Source: Acidimicrobiia bacterium
GTDB lineage: Bacteria > Actinomycetota > Acidimicrobiia > Acidimicrobiales > Bin134
NCBI GenBank assembly: GCA_022827725.1
Contig: JAJEIJ010000019.1
Coordinates: forward strand, 20,382 to 84,381
Length of the DNA: 64,000 nt
Direction: 5' to 3'
Each line of letters starts with the position of its first letter. Position 1 is the stretch's first letter. A program made the position numbers and the translations under genes. Below are positions 60,977-64,000 of this stretch, one piece after another. Below the pieces are notes generated by a model. It searched no databases and had not been told where the DNA came from. It saw only the letters and a program-made list of their open reading frames with translations.

Positions 60977-62674
60977 ATGTCTTTTCCTTCTGATCTCGAG
61001 ATTGCCCGCGGGGCGAATCTCCGACCGCTTACTGAAATCGCTGAAGAAGCTGGCATCCCGGTTGAGATGCTGGAGCCCTACGGGGCGGGGGCGGCCAAGA
61101 TCAGCCTGGACGCCATCGAGGCGCTGGCCGACCGACCCAAAGCCCGCTATGTGGTGGTGACCGCCATTACCCCCACACCGCTGGGCGAGGGCAAGACCAC
61201 CACCACGGTGGGGCTGGGCCAGGGGTTCGGCCATATCGGCAAGCGGGCCACCATCGCCATCCGCCAGCCTTCGCTGGGGCCGACGTTCGGCATCAAGGGC
61301 GGCGCGGCCGGCGGCGGCTACAGCCAGGTGGTGCCCATGGAGCTGTTCAACCTCCACCTCACCGGCGACATGCACGCGGTGACCGCGGCCCACAACATGT
61401 GCTCGGCCATGCTCGACGCCCACATCTACCACGGCAATGAATCGGGCCTTGATCTGCACAACATCACCTGGCGACGGGTGGTGGACATCAACGACCGGGC
61501 CTTGCGCAACGTGGTGATCGGCCTGGGCGGCCGACTCGACGGAGTCCCCCGGGAGAGCGGCTTCGACATCACTGCCGCGTCCGAGGTGATGGCCACCTTG
61601 GCGCTAGCCACGTCGCTGTCGGACTTGCGGGCCCGGCTGGGCCGGATCGTGGTGGGCTACACCAAAGCGGGCGACCCGGTGACCGCCGAGGACCTGAAGG
61701 CCGCCGGGGCCATGGCCGTGCTGTTGAAGGACGCCCTCAAGCCCAACCTGATGCAGACCCTGGAGGGTGGACCCGCCCTGGTACACACCGGGCCGTTCGG
61801 CAACATTGCCACCGGCAACTCCTCCATCGTGGCCGACCGCATCGCCATCCGCACCGGCGACTTCTTGGTAACCGAGGCCGGGTTCGGCGCCGACATGGGT
61901 GCCGAGCGGTTCTTCAACATCAAATGCCGCTACTCGGGCATCGATCCCGATGCTGCGGTGATGGTGGCCACCGTGCGGGGGCTCAAGGCCCACTCCGGCA
62001 ACCACCGGATCGTGGCCGGGCGTCCTCTGCCTGAGGCGCTGCTGGCCGAAAACCCCGACGAGGTACACGCCGGGGGTGACAACCTCCGCAAGCAGCTTTC
62101 AAACATGAAAGCCCACGGCGTGACCCCGGTGGTGGCCATCAACGCCTTCCCCGGCGATCACGACGCCGACCTGGCCGCCATCGGCGAGATCGCCGATGAG
62201 TACGGCGCCCGCTGCGCGGTGACCACCCACTTCTCCGACGGCGGCGCGGGCGCGGCCGAGCTGGCCGAGGCAGTGGCCGAAGCCTGCGAGGAACCCAGCT
62301 CGTTCAAGGTGCTTTACGAAGATGACCTGTCCTTAAAGGACAAGATCGCGGCAGTGGCCACCACCGTGTACGGCGCCGACGACGTGGAGTATTCGGCCAC
62401 GGCCAACCGCCAGCTCGACACCTACGAGTCCGCTGGTTTCGGCCACCTCCCGGTGTGCATCGCCAAGACCCACCTGTCCATCTCGTCCGACCCCTCCCTC
62501 AAGGGAGCCCCCACCGGCTGGACCTTGCCGGTGCGGGAGGTGCGGGCCTCGGTGGGCGCCGGGTTCGTCTATCCCATCTGCGGCGACATGCGCACCATGC
62601 CCGGCCTCGGCCGCCAACCCGCCGCCATGGGCATCGACCTCGACGAGAACGGCGAGATCGTCGGCCTGAGCTAA
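60977..62674 (+). CDS. fhs: formate--tetrahydrofolate ligase
   Basis: Start ATG 60977 (MSFPSDLEIA...). VTAITPTPLGEGKTTTTVGL P-loop and GFGADMGAEKFF-like GFGADMGAERFF. Confidence 0.95.
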   Translation: MSFPSDLEIARGANLRPLTEIAEEAGIPVEMLEPYGAGAAKISLDAIEALADRPKARYVVVTAITPTPLGEGKTTTTVGLGQGFGHIGKRATIAIRQPSLGPTFGIKGGAAGGGYSQVVPMELFNLHLTGDMHAVTAAHNMCSAMLDAHIYHGNESGLDLHNITWRRVVDINDRALRNVVIGLGGRLDGVPRESGFDITAASEVMATLALATSLSDLRARLGRIVVGYTKAGDPVTAEDLKAAGAMAVLLKDALKPNLMQTLEGGPALVHTGPFGNIATGNSSIVADRIAIRTGDFLVTEAGFGADMGAERFFNIKCRYSGIDPDAAVMVATVRGLKAHSGNHRIVAGRPLPEALLAENPDEVHAGGDNLRKQLSNMKAHGVTPVVAINAFPGDHDADLAAIGEIADEYGARCAVTTHFSDGGAGAAELAEAVAEACEEPSSFKVLYEDDLSLKDKIAAVATTVYGADDVEYSATANRQLDTYESAGFGHLPVCIAKTHLSISSDPSLKGAPTGWTLPVREVRASVGAGFVYPICGDMRTMPGLGRQPAAMGIDLDENGEIVGLS

Positions 62675-62745
62675 CGGCGGTCGAGGCCTTACCGGGCCGA
62701 TAGGCTTGAGCAACCTCAAGGTGTCTCTGGGGGAAAGGGGTGCAA

Positions 62746-64000
62746 ATGGCGAGGCGGGAACGTTTAACCGTGCCGATGGTGCGGGACAACGGGAGCCTGC
62801 GAGAAGCGACGTGGGAAGAGGCTCTTTCGCGGGCTGCGACTGGGTTCAACCAGGTGCTGTCTGAGCATGGGCCGCAGGCGTTCGGGATGTTCAGCTGCTC
62901 CAAGGCCACCAACGAGATGAACTACATCGCCCAGAAGTTCATCCGCACGGTGGTGGGATCCAACAACATCGACTCCTGCAACCGAACTTGACACGCTCCC
63001 TCGGTCGTCGGTCTGGCGACAGTGTTCGGAGCGGGAGGGGGCACTTGCTCCTACCAGGAGGTTGAAGAAACCGACGTGATCTTCTTGTGGGGATCCAATG
63101 CCCGCGAGGCCCACCCCATCTTCTTCCACCATGTTCTCAAGGGCATCGACAACGGTGCCCGCATGTACTGCGTTGACCCCCGCTACACCTCGTCGGCCCA
63201 ATTCTCCGACGTGTGGGTGGGCATTGACGTGGGCACCGACATCGCCCTGGCCAACGGCATCGGTCGAGAGATCATCCACGCCGGTCTGGCCAACCAAGAC
63301 TTCATCGCCCACTCCACCCAGGGATTCGAGGCCTACGCCGCCTCGGTGGAGCCGTTCACCCCCGAGGCAGTGGCCGCCATCTGCGGCATACCCGCCGAGG
63401 TAGTGGTGGAGATGGCTCACGCCTACGCCACCGCCGACAAGGCCCAGATCCTGTGGACCCTGGGCATCACCGAGCACCACAACGCGGTCGACAACGTGCT
63501 GTCGTTGTGCAACCTGGCCCTGCTCACCGGCCACGTGGGTCGGTGGGGGTCGGGCCTGGTGCCGCTGCGGGGCCAGAACAACGTGCAGGGCGGCGGCGAC
63601 ATGGGGGCTATCCCCAACAAGTTCCCCGGATTCGCCGGCGTGGACGACCCTGACCATCGGGCCCGCTTCGAAACTGCCTACGGTCGGGAGCTCAACCCGG
63701 TTCCCGGATTGCACCTGACTCTCATGTTCGAAGCTATGGAGCGGGGCGATCTTCGGGCGCTGTATGTGATCGGCGAGAATCCGGCTGACTCCGAGGCTGA
63801 TGTGCTCCACGCCCGGGCCCAGCTCAAGAGCTTGGACATCCTGGTGGTGCAGGACATCCTGATGACCCGCACCGCGGAGATGGCCGATGTAGTGCTGCCC
63901 GCGTCGGTGGCCTGGGCCGAAAGCAACGGCACCGTCACCTCCAGCGAGCGCCGGGTGCAGCGAGTCCGCCCCGCGGTCTCCCCTCCCGGCCAGGCCCGCC
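62746..64000 (+). CDS. fdhA: molybdopterin formate dehydrogenase alpha subunit, selenocysteine-containing (TGA 62989-62991 = Sec); 3' end beyond window
   Basis: The track ORF stops at ...NNIDSCNRT-TGA, but the same frame stays open to the window end: HAPSVVGLATVFGAGGGTCSYQE...RGQNNVQGGGDMG... Matches the FdhF active-site context C.R.UH.PSV. SECIS hairpin downstream. Confidence 0.85.
62994..63033 (+). promoter_or_regulatory. bacterial SECIS element
   Basis: Lower stem CGCUCC (62994-99)/GGAGCG (63028-33). Upper stem GUCGUC (63004-09)/GGCGAC (63015-20). Apical loop GGUCU, as in the E. coli fdhF SECIS. Begins 3 nt after UGA. Confidence 0.65.

Noticed and set aside
62764-63810. 348-aa minus-strand ORF, the only long track ORF in this interval
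   Set aside because: The plus-strand frame, open to the window end, encodes conserved formate dehydrogenase sequence continuing from the TGA (Sec) codon. The minus ORF is an antisense artefact.

Overview
High-GC, actinobacterial-type chromosomal segment. Genes are compact and often share GTGA/ATGA start-stop overlaps; the exact lineage cannot be determined without a database search. I can support about 60 protein genes: a glcD/glcE-like oxidase, ClC channel, RNase D, mobA, pyruvate kinase, gltB-gltD glutamate synthase, M18 aminopeptidase, trkA plus two tandem trkH, membrane pyrophosphatase, xylA-xylB, fhs, an ABC-2 exporter, an ECF sigma/anti-sigma pair, and a long run of catabolic enzymes (three amidohydrolase_2 paralogues, Zn-ADHs, FAH, BKACE, MaoC, OYE/FadH-type reductase). 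I recognised no rRNA, tRNA, CRISPR array or transposase. Most notable observations: (1) A lower-GC three-gene module of AlkB-like dioxygenase, RecQ-helicase::PRTase fusion and DprA-like protein. It resembles PsyrTA/ShosTA, but the AlkB partner is not a described component. (2) Two genes that the ORF track splits or truncates at an in-frame TGA and that read best as selenoproteins: a formate dehydrogenase alpha subunit with a textbook SECIS hairpin, and an orphan GrdB-family protein (U-x-x-C) directly downstream of xylAB. (3) A ~280-nt purine-rich candidate structured RNA at 10.66-10.97 kb, dense in GNRA tetraloops, with its own sigma70-like promoter and intrinsic terminator. (4) A Phd/RelE toxin-antitoxin islet of much lower GC. 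(5) A recurrent pattern of short tandem duplications sitting exactly on gene starts or ends. Many long ORFs in the track are antisense or alternate-frame artefacts of the high GC content, and many track starts are over-extended. I trimmed starts where a conserved N-terminus or an overlap signal was visible. All homology calls come from motif recognition by eye, not from searches.
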